A stretch of 64,000 nt of DNA from positions 103,376 to 167,375 of the forward strand of contig JAJZBD010000002.1 in NCBI GenBank assembly GCA_021799085.1, given 5' to 3'. The position numbers were made by a program, and so were the translations under genes. Of this stretch, positions 1 through 9,880 are shown in pieces; position 1 is the first letter of the stretch; each line of letters starts with the position of its first letter. Under the pieces are notes generated by a model, which was given only the letters and a program-made list of their open reading frames with translations, was not told where the DNA came from and did no database searches. This stretch comes from Nanobdellota archaeon. Its GTDB lineage: Archaea; Nanobdellota; Nanobdellia; Parvarchaeales; Parvarchaeaceae.

Positions 1-355
1 TAGGAATTACAGGGGGCACAGGATAAGGGTGGAAAGGCAGCAGATAAATGCACAGGCTCTTCTAAGGATAATAAGCGAGATGGACGAGAACTTTCCAATA
101 TTGAAGGAGGCTTACAGGGAGATAGAAGAGGATGTGATGGACATGAGCAATGCTTCTAGGATATTGAAAGAAATAAAAACAAAAAGCATAAAGTACTCAA
201 TAATAGATACCCCAGTGCCGTCTCCATTTTCACACAGTCTTATAACAATGGGGGAAAGTGATGTGGTCTCAATAAAAAACAAGAAGGAATACGTTAGAAG
301 GCTACATAAACTGGTATTGGAAAAAATAAGGGAGAATCAAAATGCAAATAAATGA
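1..355 (+). CDS. lhr: Lhr-family ATP-dependent helicase, C-terminal part (5' truncated by window)
   Basis: Frame open from position 2 (RNYRGHRIRVERQQ...EAYREI..D.MD...PSPFS), typical archaeal Lhr C-terminus; overlaps a metallophosphoesterase gene as in the conserved Lhr-MPE pair. Confidence 0.8.
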   Translation, partial: RNYRGHRIRVERQQINAQALLRIISEMDENFPILKEAYREIEEDVMDMSNASRILKEIKTKSIKYSIIDTPVPSPFSHSLITMGESDVVSIKNKKEYVRRLHKLVLEKIRENQNANK

Positions 356-1085
356 ATCGATAGAACTTCTGGAAGGCATGCCAATAGCTTACATAAAACC
401 GCTTGATTCACTTATCATATCAGATACCCACCTTGGGTATGAAGGACAGATGTCTGCAGTCGGTACTTTGATACCAAGCAGAAACCTGCAGTTCATAGAA
501 AACATAATACGAAATGCTGCAATGTCTACAGGCGCAGATCGGGTTATAGTAACTGGTGATCTAAAGAACGACTTTTCAGACTTAAAGTATTATGAAAGAA
601 AAGAGATAGGGGAACTTATAGAATTCTGCAAAAGTATCTCCATAAAACTGCTTCTGATAAAGGGAAATCATGACAATTACCTTGATAGGATAAAAAACAG
701 CTATGACGTGGAGATAATAAAGGATTACTTGCTTGAAAAAGGGTTTTACATTGCGCATGGAGACGAGCTGCCGAAATGTGAGGCTGACACTTATATCATA
801 GGCCATGAACATCCAAGCATAATAATCTACAGGTTTACAGGATCGGGGGAGAAAATGAAGGCCTTTCTTTATGGTGATACAAACAATGGGAAAAAGTTGC
901 TGGTTTTACCGGCTTGCAGCATATTTGCACCCGGTAGCAATATAAACGAAGAGAAAAAAGAAGAACTGCTCTCTCCATTTCTAAAGGAAATGTGTGATGT
1001 AAATGAGTTAAATGCAATCTGCATATCGGAAGGAGAAAATCTCAATTTTGGAAAGATAAAGGACTTAAGGGATATAATAGTCTAA
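342..1085 (+). CDS. Calcineurin-like metallophosphoesterase (Lhr-associated MPE)
   Basis: SDTHLG, TGDLK, KGNHD, AHGD, GHEHP motifs. Confidence 0.85.
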   Translation: MQINESIELLEGMPIAYIKPLDSLIISDTHLGYEGQMSAVGTLIPSRNLQFIENIIRNAAMSTGADRVIVTGDLKNDFSDLKYYERKEIGELIEFCKSISIKLLLIKGNHDNYLDRIKNSYDVEIIKDYLLEKGFYIAHGDELPKCEADTYIIGHEHPSIIIYRFTGSGEKMKAFLYGDTNNGKKLLVLPACSIFAPGSNINEEKKEELLSPFLKEMCDVNELNAICISEGENLNFGKIKDLRDIIV

Positions 1086-1879
1086 TCATCAATAATTAAC
1101 TGGTATATATTTAGGTTTTGGTGCCTAGAATGTGGTTTAATGAATTCAAATGGAATGTCTTTGTCGTACCCTCCTTTTTCCGAGTAATCTATTTCCCTCT
1201 TTTTAAATAAATCCTTAAAGTCCACAAGGTCTACATTTGAACTTGGGTCATAATTTTCATTTGTTTTTATAACGTAGGTTTTCTTTCCTTTTGGTGTGCC
1301 GTCAGAGCATATTAAGTATCCGCCTTTTTTTACAGCCAGGTTCGTTATCCTAATCCCGCTGGAAACTAGTATCTGCAGGTCAAGATTTCTTTTTCCTTGC
1401 CGGTATAAACTACCCGAATCTGCGCATATCTCTACGCCTATCCTAAGGTTTTTCCATTCAAAGTCGTTGGTCATTGAGTAATCCCTTCCGATGAGCTCAT
1501 AATTCCCATTGTTAAAGAAGGAAGTTCCACCATCAGTTGTCTTTATCGTTGAAAATATGACATTTCCGTCATAAATTACAGGCAGAAAATTGTACATTTT
1601 TCGGTTTTTTGTGTATATAACCGCAGTGCCTACTACAGCAAGTTCCTCCGTTTTATTTGTTGCGTTTTTCAGTCTGCCAAATAGTTTTTTCAGTTCCTCA
1701 TGGGAATAAGGAATCTCATTGCTAAACCTGTTATCCATAAGACTCCATTCAGGCCCGACTATTATGTCTAAATCGAATTTTCTTGCCTTCTCAAGCACAT
1801 CTAGTGTTTTTTCCAGGCTGGAATACTTTGGCTTGTTTGTGTTTATGTCTATTACACCTACTTTTAACGATTTTGACAT
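1082..1879 (-). CDS. Divergent carbon-nitrogen hydrolase (nitrilase superfamily)
   Basis: Glu-Lys-Cys triad pattern: VGPEW, TIKTTDG, VEICAD; paralog of 14800..15675. Confidence 0.6.
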   Translation of the reverse strand: MSKSLKVGVIDINTNKPKYSSLEKTLDVLEKARKFDLDIIVGPEWSLMDNRFSNEIPYSHEELKKLFGRLKNATNKTEELAVVGTAVIYTKNRKMYNFLPVIYDGNVIFSTIKTTDGGTSFFNNGNYELIGRDYSMTNDFEWKNLRIGVEICADSGSLYRQGKRNLDLQILVSSGIRITNLAVKKGGYLICSDGTPKGKKTYVIKTNENYDPSSNVDLVDFKDLFKKREIDYSEKGGYDKDIPFEFIKPHSRHQNLNIYQLIIDD

Positions 1880-2082
1880 ATTTAATCTAGAATTTAGCAG
1901 CTATTAATACGTTTGGTATTACTTCAGGTTCTTTGAGTAAATGCTTATTCGAGCTAATCCTGTTTTAATCATTAAATGATTTCTTTTTTAATCTTAAGCA
2001 TTTTTGATAAGCACAAGCTGTAAATCTATAGAAAATATACCTGTTCTTAATTATTTATAGAATTAAATCTTATTCTGATGCT

Positions 2083-2799
2083 ATGACAGAAAAACTATAT
2101 CTTAAGGATTCTTATCTAAGGGAAACGAATGCAAAGATAACAAACATAAACGGCAGTGAAATTACAGTAGATACTGACCTTTTTTACCCAAGTGGCGGGG
2201 GCCAACCTGCAGACAGTGGAAAGGTATTGCATAAGGAAAACGAATATGCTGTAAATGAAATTAAAAAAGACGGGGAAAACATAGTTTTGGTGTTAGATAA
2301 AGCAATAGATGCAAAGGAAGGGGATGAAATCAAGGAAATAATTGACTGGGACAAAAGGTATGCGCACATGAAATTGCATACTGCTATCCATATAATAGAT
2401 GGTGTGCTAGAGCGGGACTATAATTCAAGCCTTATAACTGGCAACCAGATATACGATGACAGAGCAAGGATTGACATAAGTATGGATGGCCTGACAAAGG
2501 AACTGGCATCTGGAATCATAGAGAAGGCGAATTCTGTTATATCTGAAGGACATGAAGTAAACGTAAAGTTTTTAACGAAGGAGGAGGCGGCAAATAAGAA
2601 CCTTGTAAGAACGCAGCCGGGAAGGGAATTGATGAGCAAACTGGATATCATACGGGTAATAGAAATAGCTGGGCTAGATGAGCAGATGGATGGAGGAACG
2701 CATGTTAAAAACACGAGGGAAGTCGGACACATCACCTTGGAAAGCTTTGAAAACAAGGGGAAACGGAATAAACGCCTTTACATTAATTTAAATGACTAA
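2083..2799 (+). CDS. alaX: Free-standing alanyl-tRNA editing protein AlaX-M
   Basis: FYPSGGGQPADSG, HTAIH, DGGTHV, KGKRNKR motifs. Confidence 0.9.
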   Translation: MTEKLYLKDSYLRETNAKITNINGSEITVDTDLFYPSGGGQPADSGKVLHKENEYAVNEIKKDGENIVLVLDKAIDAKEGDEIKEIIDWDKRYAHMKLHTAIHIIDGVLERDYNSSLITGNQIYDDRARIDISMDGLTKELASGIIEKANSVISEGHEVNVKFLTKEEAANKNLVRTQPGRELMSKLDIIRVIEIAGLDEQMDGGTHVKNTREVGHITLESFENKGKRNKRLYINLND

Positions 2800-2890
2800 A
2801 AATGTTTTGCATATAATCTTTCACTAAATAATAATCTACCATTTCTAAATATGATTCAAATATTTAAGCTACTGTTGTTTATCAATTGTT

Positions 2891-4195
2891 ATGGCAAATA
2901 AAGTAATAGTAATAGGTGCCGGCGCAACTGGTTCTTTCATCACACACGATCTAGCCAGCAGAGGATTCGACGTTACGGTTATAGAAAAAGGAAATATCAT
3001 TGGAGGGACAAGCGGAAAGTTCCATGGAATGCTTCACAGCGGCGCAAGATACGCAATGAATGATGTCAAGGCAGCGCAGGAAAGCATAGCGGACAATAAA
3101 GTTATCTCTGAGATAGCACCGTTCTGCATAGAAAACACGGGGGGTTTATTCGTAGCTTTGAATGAAGAAGACCTCTCTTTCCAAAGCAAATTCGAAGAAG
3201 GGTGCAAGCAATCCAATATACCTATAGAAAATTTAAGCATAGAATCTGCCCTAAAAGAAGAGCCTTTTCTCAATAATTCAGTAAAAGCAGTATATAGAGT
3301 ACCTGACAAGGTAATAAACTCATTTAGATTTATAACAAGTTTGCTCCTTACTGCAAAAAGAGAATCTGCAAAGGTTTTGCTGAATACAGAGGTATTGGAA
3401 TTTATAAAAGAAGGAAATGATGTAAAGGGTGTTAAAATAAAAAACAACAATACTGGACAGGTAAGCGAATTGAAGGCAGACTTGGTTGTAAATGCAAGTG
3501 GAGCATGGGCATCAAAGCTTATAGACGAAAAATTGGGAATAAAAAGCATAGAAATGATACTTTCAGCAGGTACGATGGCAGTCATAAATAGAAGGTTCAC
3601 AAAGCACATAATAAATAGGTTAAGGGAACCTTCTGACGGCGATATAGTCGTGCCTTTCTTCAATGATTCAATTATAGGAACTACCGCATTTATCGTTGAT
3701 GATCCAGAGAAATTTGACGTTGACAAAGAGGACATAAGCTTTCTGCAGAAAGCCGGCAGTGAAATGTTGCCGATTCTTGCAAATTACCCGGTTTACAGAT
3801 ACTACGCCGGAGTAAGGCCGTTGATAGCCGCAGGAGAAAACGATGACAGCAGGAAGGCCAGCAGGGATTTCAAAATATTCGATCATTCTGCTACAGACAA
3901 TGTAAACGGAATAATAAGCATCGTCGGCGGTAAATTAAGTACTTCAAGGATAATGGCAAAGGAAATCGGAGATTTTATCGGAAATAAGATGGGTAACAAA
4001 ACCGAATCAAAGACTGATAAGATAAAGCTTTACTGGCCGCAGGTTAACAGTGAAAACATTGCTGAGATGGCAAAGTCTCTGTCATTAAACAGGGATTTTC
4101 TTTCTGAAATGGTAAATGAATCGGCGGGTAAAACCTATTCTGATATGTATTCCAATGCAATGGATTTGCTGTATTCGAGGGGGTTGTTTAATTGA
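2891..4195 (+). CDS. glpA: FAD-dependent glycerol-3-phosphate dehydrogenase, GlpA-like, short C-terminus
   Basis: GAGATG, GTSGKFHGMLHSGARY, GVRPL, SRDF, GGKLST. Confidence 0.85.
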   Translation: MANKVIVIGAGATGSFITHDLASRGFDVTVIEKGNIIGGTSGKFHGMLHSGARYAMNDVKAAQESIADNKVISEIAPFCIENTGGLFVALNEEDLSFQSKFEEGCKQSNIPIENLSIESALKEEPFLNNSVKAVYRVPDKVINSFRFITSLLLTAKRESAKVLLNTEVLEFIKEGNDVKGVKIKNNNTGQVSELKADLVVNASGAWASKLIDEKLGIKSIEMILSAGTMAVINRRFTKHIINRLREPSDGDIVVPFFNDSIIGTTAFIVDDPEKFDVDKEDISFLQKAGSEMLPILANYPVYRYYAGVRPLIAAGENDDSRKASRDFKIFDHSATDNVNGIISIVGGKLSTSRIMAKEIGDFIGNKMGNKTESKTDKIKLYWPQVNSENIAEMAKSLSLNRDFLSEMVNESAGKTYSDMYSNAMDLLYSRGLFN

Positions 4196-4196
4196 T

Positions 4197-4661
4197 ATGG
4201 AAATGAAGGGAAGTTTTACAGTAGACTACAAAGTTGAAAAAGTTTGGGACATAGTATCGGATGCAAACAAGTTTGCAAAATGCCTGCCTAATGTGGTTTC
4301 TACAGAAGTAAACGGCGATAACTTTCAGTTGTCATTCAAGGCAGACGCAAAAAAATACACATCGAAGTTCCTTGGTGCCAGCTATCTTTCTAACCTTAAC
4401 ATCAAATTTTCTGCGCAATTGAAGGAAAAGCAGGAAAATAAGCATATGTTGATACAGGGAGATGGCTCCACAATCGGTTTGAAGTTTTCCCTTGCTCTTT
4501 ACATTGATTTAAGCGCACAGGATTCTTCTACTAAAATAGACTGGAAGGCCGATATAGAGCTTGGCAGGATGGCAAAGCTTTTCGGTGAAGATGTAGTAAA
4601 CCAGGCGGTAACCGACGTAGTAAACCAGACAATAGATAACTTGAAAGCTATACTTAAATAA
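4197..4661 (+). CDS. CoxG/SRPBCC (START-like) family protein
   Basis: MEMKGSFTV...KVWDIVSD...KCLPNV pattern; ATG two nt after glpA stop chosen over the 4116 start. Confidence 0.75.
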   Translation: MEMKGSFTVDYKVEKVWDIVSDANKFAKCLPNVVSTEVNGDNFQLSFKADAKKYTSKFLGASYLSNLNIKFSAQLKEKQENKHMLIQGDGSTIGLKFSLALYIDLSAQDSSTKIDWKADIELGRMAKLFGEDVVNQAVTDVVNQTIDNLKAILK

Positions 4662-4719
4662 ATTTAAAGTTAAAATAGAACAGCTTATATATTCAGGACT
4701 TTTGAAAATATTATAAATC

Positions 4720-6189
4720 ATGAAAAGCACTGGAACTACCAAAGACGTAGACATAAATGGCAGCTTTAAGAATGAAAATTTAATACTTTCAGTTCTTGTA
4801 ATAAGCGTATTGATGGCTTCAATAGACTCTACTATAGTCCTACTTGCCTTTCCGGCAATAACACAGGCACTGCATTCTAACCTATCAACCATAATCTGGG
4901 TTATCCTGATATACCTTCTTGTCACGGCAGTTGCTGCTACTCAGCTTGGCAGAATAGGAGACATTTTTGGTAGGTCAAGGGTTTTTAATTCAGGCATAGC
5001 AATATTCACTATCTTTTCCTTTATGTGCGGTATTGCTCCGACAGATATTACATTAATTATATTCAGAGGTTTCCAAGCCGTAGGCGGTGCAATGATGACC
5101 GCAAACAGCGGAGCAATAATAGCCGATACTTTTAGAAGGGAAAGGCTTGGCAAAGCATACGGCTTTACAGGCATGGGCTGGAATGTCGGCGCAATGCTTG
5201 GAATAGTCCTTGGGGGGATAATAACCACTTTCATTGGCTACAGGTATATCTTTTTCATCAATGTTCCAATAGGCATAGTTCTTTTAGCTCTTGCTCTCAA
5301 ATACATAAAGGACAATAAAAGAGAGCATGAAAAGCTTGATATCGCAGGGATGAGCCTTTTGGGTATAACGCTTTCCATGATATTGTACGCAGGAGTAAGG
5401 ATAGCATCAGTTGGATTGAATTACACAAACGTTTCCATACTTGTAGCAGGTTTCATATTGTTAATTCCATTCTATTTCAGGGAAAAGGTCTTTGTGAATC
5501 CAGTAATAAAGTTTTCAATGTTCAAGAACAAGGTGTTCAAGAATTCTGTTTTAGCGTCGATGTTCCAGGGCCTTGGTTTTATGGGAGTAGCCTTTATGCT
5601 TATAATGTATCTACAGGGCGTTCGAGGTTTAACGCCGTTTTATGCTTCCCTGCTTCTTCTTCCAGGTTACATACTAAGCGGCATACTCTCTCCATTTATG
5701 GGAAGGTATTCTGATAAATATGGCGCAAGGCTCCTTGCGACTCTTGGCTTATTAGTAATGATAGCAGGAATAACTGTCTATTTTGCATTGACTGCAACCT
5801 CTAGTGTATACATAGTCCTTATAGACTCAGCAATAACTGGTTTTGGAGGCTCGATGTTCTGGCCTGCTAACAACAGTGCAGTAATGAAAAGCAGCGAAGC
5901 TGGCAGGTTTGGAACGGCTTCCGGTGTTTTAAGGCTGTTTGGAAGCATGGGCATAATGGGGAGTTTTATAATAGTTATAGTCACAGCAACTTTAGCAATT
6001 CCGAGGTATCTAGCATTTGAGATATTTGTAGGGACTTCTAAATTGATAGGAGGAATAACAAAGGGATTCATAACCGGTATGCATTTTTCTTTTGTTTTTC
6101 TCATAATAATGCTTGCGATTGCTGCTTTGCTTTCTCTTACACGGGGAAATGAAAATATGGCAGAAAAAGTTAAAAATAATCACTTATAA
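4720..6189 (+). CDS. MFS drug:H+ antiporter (EmrB/QacA, 14-TM)
   Basis: IDSTIV, GRIGDIFGR motif A, FRGFQAVGGA, YRYIFFINVPIG. Confidence 0.9.
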   Translation: MKSTGTTKDVDINGSFKNENLILSVLVISVLMASIDSTIVLLAFPAITQALHSNLSTIIWVILIYLLVTAVAATQLGRIGDIFGRSRVFNSGIAIFTIFSFMCGIAPTDITLIIFRGFQAVGGAMMTANSGAIIADTFRRERLGKAYGFTGMGWNVGAMLGIVLGGIITTFIGYRYIFFINVPIGIVLLALALKYIKDNKREHEKLDIAGMSLLGITLSMILYAGVRIASVGLNYTNVSILVAGFILLIPFYFREKVFVNPVIKFSMFKNKVFKNSVLASMFQGLGFMGVAFMLIMYLQGVRGLTPFYASLLLLPGYILSGILSPFMGRYSDKYGARLLATLGLLVMIAGITVYFALTATSSVYIVLIDSAITGFGGSMFWPANNSAVMKSSEAGRFGTASGVLRLFGSMGIMGSFIIVIVTATLAIPRYLAFEIFVGTSKLIGGITKGFITGMHFSFVFLIIMLAIAALLSLTRGNENMAEKVKNNHL

Positions 6190-6243
6190 GTAATACAAAG
6201 CTTTAAATACTAGTTGTCATCTAAATAAAGAAAGGTGAAAAAT

Positions 6244-6723
6244 ATGAAACTAAATGACATTTTAAAAAATGAAAAAGGACCAAAAAGCATTGGAAACAGC
6301 GGTTATTACGGATTGTATAACACATTTGAAAAACTGAAAAACAGCGGAATAAAGGAAAACCAGCTGGAAAAATACGCTAGTTACATGGTCAAACACATAG
6401 AAGGCTACACTCCAAGAGAGTTGATTTACTTTGTTGGCACTAAAATAGAAGAAGTAACTTCAGACGAAGAAAAGAAGCTTTTAAGCATATATAACAAGGC
6501 GGCATGGAACAACATTGCAAAAAAATACCGGATGGAAAAATTCTTTGAATCCGGAAAAGAAGGCTATCTCTCAAAGGTAAAGGATTACTTGCTTGATAAA
6601 TACGATAAACTGTCAAATGGTTTATATACAGCTATAGACAAATACGCATCTAAACTAAAAGGAAATGATGACTACAGTGAAAGAAACAATGGATTAAAAA
6701 TGACATACAGTGAAAAGAATTAA
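6244..6723 (+). CDS. Hypothetical soluble protein (lineage-specific)
   Basis: Open frame; GGTGA SD-like site before ATG 6244; TATA-like TTTAAATA upstream. Confidence 0.6.
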   Translation: MKLNDILKNEKGPKSIGNSGYYGLYNTFEKLKNSGIKENQLEKYASYMVKHIEGYTPRELIYFVGTKIEEVTSDEEKKLLSIYNKAAWNNIAKKYRMEKFFESGKEGYLSKVKDYLLDKYDKLSNGLYTAIDKYASKLKGNDDYSERNNGLKMTYSEKN

Positions 6724-6914
6724 CTGTGCCTGCGCATTGCAAAAAAGAAGGAAAAGAATACAACTACCTCTATTACTATTATAAAAGACATAGAAAGCAA
6801 CGATGGGTTGTTTTGGAACCTATTAGGGGCAAGAAGGAAGATTATTATGAATGCTGTTACAAGTGAAGCAATTCCTGCAAAGAAAGCATAAAATATATCC
6901 TCCCTCCCTATCAT
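6720..6914 (-). CDS. Small 2-TM membrane protein
   Basis: Two hydrophobic stretches; ATGA overlap with the upstream helicase stop. Confidence 0.55.
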   Translation of the reverse strand: MIGREDIFYAFFAGIASLVTAFIIIFLLAPNRFQNNPSLLSMSFIIVIEVVVFFSFFFAMRRHS

Positions 6915-9631
6915 ACTGCTTTAGAACGTTCGTATTCTTCCTTTAACTTCTTGAAAATCTCATCGTTAAGGCTGTCAGAATAATAGTACTTTTCAGTTGC
7001 CTTTTCAATCAATTTCTCGGGATTTTCCTTGTATTCCAATAGTTGAAGAATGTGCTTCTTGACAGTATCTATCTGCATGTCTTTTACTTTCTGCGTGTCC
7101 AATTCATATTCAAACTTCCCCGTGTTTATCTTTCCAGTTAAGTTTATGTATGCTATTGCAGTGTCTATATCTTTTTCATTGATTTTCTTCTCTATCGCAA
7201 AAAGCCTACGGTAAAGGGCAAGCTGCCTTCTATGCTTTGATCCTTGTTCTTCTGATTTGTCCGTTTTGAAGTCTATTATCAGGAACCTATTCTTTACCTT
7301 GTTGAGGAACACGGCATCAAGCTTTGCAGATACCTTTAAATCGATTTTTATGTCCGGAAAAACTACTTCAAGCGGCATTTCAATCGTTTTTTCGGCGTCT
7401 ATTTCTTCTGCATTGTATTTCCTTTTTATCTCTTCCGTAATACTTATTATGTTCTGAAGGATTTTTTTCTGAGTTTCGTCCAATTCCTCTTCTTTTAACG
7501 TGTGTTTGAAGTAATCCTCGGCTATTTTATGTGCCTTTAACCCGAATTTTGTGCTTTCTGTTACTTCACTTATTCCCAACACCTTTGTTTTTATGAAGTT
7601 CAATGGATCTGACATCGCATCCAGTAATGAAAAAGATATGCCTTTAAGCTGACTGAAATAACTGTTTATCCTCTTTACAAGCCATTTATCACTCTCTTCA
7701 AGCAAGGCCTTTGCTGCATCATATTCCTTGTTGACAAAAAGAGAATATGCTTCGGCGTATTTTTTCTTGAAAGGGGCTGGCTCGTCTTCCATTTCTGCAA
7801 TGCTTTTTTCAATAAAGCCCTCAATGTAGTAATCCTCAGCAAGTGCCGGAGGGGTTACAACAAAAAGGTTTTCCTTTGCCCTTGTAAAGGCAACAAAATC
7901 TACCCTTATGCTTTCCTCTGCCAACTCTTCCTTAACATCTATTTCCTTTGTCTGCTTGATTATGGAATTAGTTACTAGATCAATGAAGCTTGTTTTGTTG
8001 CTCTGTTTCTTAGGGACGTAGATAACATTGTCGAATTCCAAGCCCTTTGCCTTGTGAACTGTTGTAAGCACCAGGTTTTCCTGCTTGTCATTTGATTCAT
8101 AACTGTCTTCTGCAGTGTAAAGGTACACCAACATATCTGAAAGATTTGGTAGCTCATTGCTGTCCATGTACTGATTTATGTTTTCAAGCGTTGCCGCTGC
8201 GCTTATGTAATAGTCATTGTCCAAGGCTACCGATATTGGCAGTATGGTTTCATTGAAAAGCTTGTTTATGTTGAATATGTTAAGTTCTGCAGCGGCTTTT
8301 CTATCAAAAAAAGGCTTTGCAAGCCTCTTTACTTCATTCATGCCTATCTCTTTTTTCCTATATTTCTCTTCGATTTCAAACGCAGTCTTTAGAGAAACGC
8401 CTGAAAATGGGGTGAACAAAGCCTTTAAGATATCCTTTTCATCAGCATTGAATATGCCTTTCAAATAATCAACTATGGAATTCTTTGCTCTTGTTGAGAC
8501 AGAAGCGCTTGCAGTCGTTGCATATTTTACGTTCTTAGCGTCCAAAATACGGGAAATGCTTATTATTTGGTCATTAGTTCTCGTTATTATTGCTGCGTTC
8601 TTACCCTGAGAGACAAGGTCCATGGCAAGCTTTACGGCTATTTCGTCCGTGCTGTTTCCTATCAGCTGTTTTACGCTGCCGCCCTGTCCTTTATTGCTTT
8701 TAAAGTTTGACAATTCATCTTCATAGCTTTTGTCCTTCGTTTTACTGAGAAAATACTGCTTTGAATACTCAAGAATTTCACTGTAACTTCTGTAGTTAAG
8801 GCCCTTTGTCAGCTGCTCCAAATTGCTTAGTTTCTGGAATTCAATGAAGTTTTTCAGGCTGCCTCCTTGAAAACCGAAGATGGACTGCTTTCTGTCCCCG
8901 ACAAGAAACAGGTAATCTCCTAAAAGTCTGGCTATCTCTGCTTCTACATCGTTTAGATCCTGTAATTCGTCAACAAGGACATACTTGTAATGCTTTTTCA
9001 ATGGATCATACTCTAGTAAAAACCTCTTCAAAAGATCATTGTAATCAATGTTTGTTTCTCCTTTCTCTCTTTCATAATCCTTGAAAGCAGTTACGAAATA
9101 ATCAAGAAAAGCTAGGATTTCCTCTACAGTTACGCTGTTCATGTTTTCTAAAAATGACTTGTTTATCAGCTCTTCCTTTGTAATTTTTACGTTTATTTCA
9201 TTGGGTGTTATCCCAAAGCTTTTTATGTACCTTATTGCGTTCTCTACCTTTGGAACCAATTCCTGTATTACGTAATCCCTGTCATAATTGAAAGCATTGT
9301 TGTTTTCAAAGCTCTTGAATATTGAAAACCTTATGAAGTTATTGCTAACAAGCTCGTATTCCTTTCCCTGCTCTGAAAAATATGAATTGCAGAAACTGTG
9401 GAAGGTAGATATTGTTATGCCGTTTATCCTTGAAACCTCTAAATTGTTTTCCTTTAGTTTTTGGCTGATTTTTTCAAACATCTCATCTACTGCCTTGTTA
9501 GTAAAAGTCAAGCAAAGTATCTCTTTTTCGCTTACTCCATTTTTTATAAGCTCTATTACCCTGTCGGCTAATGAGGTTGTTTTACCAGTGCCAGGATTGG
9601 CTTTTATCAGTATGTTTTTACTTAAGTCCAT
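6911..9631 (-). CDS. UvrD/AddA-like SF1 helicase fused to C-terminal PD-(D/E)xK nuclease
   Basis: ANPGTGKT, LTFTNKA, VDELQD, VGDRKQSIFGFQG, TVHKAKGLEF, VAFTRAK; nuclease KLDAVF..IIDFKT..RQLALY. Confidence 0.9.
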   Translation of the reverse strand: MDLSKNILIKANPGTGKTTSLADRVIELIKNGVSEKEILCLTFTNKAVDEMFEKISQKLKENNLEVSRINGITISTFHSFCNSYFSEQGKEYELVSNNFIRFSIFKSFENNNAFNYDRDYVIQELVPKVENAIRYIKSFGITPNEINVKITKEELINKSFLENMNSVTVEEILAFLDYFVTAFKDYEREKGETNIDYNDLLKRFLLEYDPLKKHYKYVLVDELQDLNDVEAEIARLLGDYLFLVGDRKQSIFGFQGGSLKNFIEFQKLSNLEQLTKGLNYRSYSEILEYSKQYFLSKTKDKSYEDELSNFKSNKGQGGSVKQLIGNSTDEIAVKLAMDLVSQGKNAAIITRTNDQIISISRILDAKNVKYATTASASVSTRAKNSIVDYLKGIFNADEKDILKALFTPFSGVSLKTAFEIEEKYRKKEIGMNEVKRLAKPFFDRKAAAELNIFNINKLFNETILPISVALDNDYYISAAATLENINQYMDSNELPNLSDMLVYLYTAEDSYESNDKQENLVLTTVHKAKGLEFDNVIYVPKKQSNKTSFIDLVTNSIIKQTKEIDVKEELAEESIRVDFVAFTRAKENLFVVTPPALAEDYYIEGFIEKSIAEMEDEPAPFKKKYAEAYSLFVNKEYDAAKALLEESDKWLVKRINSYFSQLKGISFSLLDAMSDPLNFIKTKVLGISEVTESTKFGLKAHKIAEDYFKHTLKEEELDETQKKILQNIISITEEIKRKYNAEEIDAEKTIEMPLEVVFPDIKIDLKVSAKLDAVFLNKVKNRFLIIDFKTDKSEEQGSKHRRQLALYRRLFAIEKKINEKDIDTAIAYINLTGKINTGKFEYELDTQKVKDMQIDTVKKHILQLLEYKENPEKLIEKATEKYYYSDSLNDEIFKKLKEEYERSKAV

Positions 9632-9694
9632 TCTAATAATTGTACACCTTATTATAAAAATTTTTAAAATAGTCGGATTCTTTTTACAGAAAAA

Positions 9695-9725
9695 TTTATA
9701 AATTAGTTAGTACATAATAATTATT
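9695..9725 (+). promoter_or_regulatory. Putative hsp20 promoter with palindrome over the predicted start site
   Basis: A-rich BRE then TTTATA at 9695-9700; perfect palindrome AATAATTATT at 9716-9725. Confidence 0.4.
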
Positions 9726-9756
9726 GTAGTCTATAAAATCTAAGGAGGTGGTTTGT

Positions 9757-9819
9757 ATGGCTTCCGTAAAAGATTTTATAACGAGAATTTCAGTTTCCTT
9801 TAAGAATTTTAACACGTAG
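9757..9819 (+). CDS. 20-aa small ORF MASVKDFITRISVSFKNFNT upstream of hsp20
   Basis: Strong SD AAGGAGGTG at 9742-9750; amphipathic periodicity; followed by GGCCG-GTTA-CGGCC hairpin. Confidence 0.5.
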   Translation: MASVKDFITRISVSFKNFNT

Positions 9820-9880
9820 CATATTGGCCGGTTACGGCCGCCTTAAATTTTTAATTAAATAAGACAGGGAGGTGGTGCAT

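Noticed and set aside
1880-2082. Longer intergenic gaps (also 44231-44452, 46663-46890, 56402-56665) checked for tRNA, sRNA or IS ends
   Set aside because: No cloverleaf/T-loop motif, terminal inverted repeats or convincing structure visible by eye.
2680-2710. AlaX zinc motif DGGTH instead of CGGTH
   Set aside because: As I recall, Asp at this position is a known variant in archaeal AlaX-M; not evidence of novelty.
3034-3735. 233-aa antisense ORF inside glpA (also 36976..37569, 31270..31683 and many shorter ones)
   Set aside because: Fully antisense to well-supported genes, Ser/Phe/Leu-rich shadow composition, no motifs or promoter.
4116-4196. Cys-rich N-terminal extension of the CoxG ORF; similar extensions at 38687, 47646 and 57905
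   Set aside because: ORF-caller over-extension into upstream genes or promoters; downstream ATGs fit overlap and TATA spacing better.
6911-9631. Helicase-nuclease fusion without an AddB partner as a novel defence gene
   Set aside because: UvrD/PD-(D/E)xK fusions are widespread repair proteins and the context here is housekeeping.
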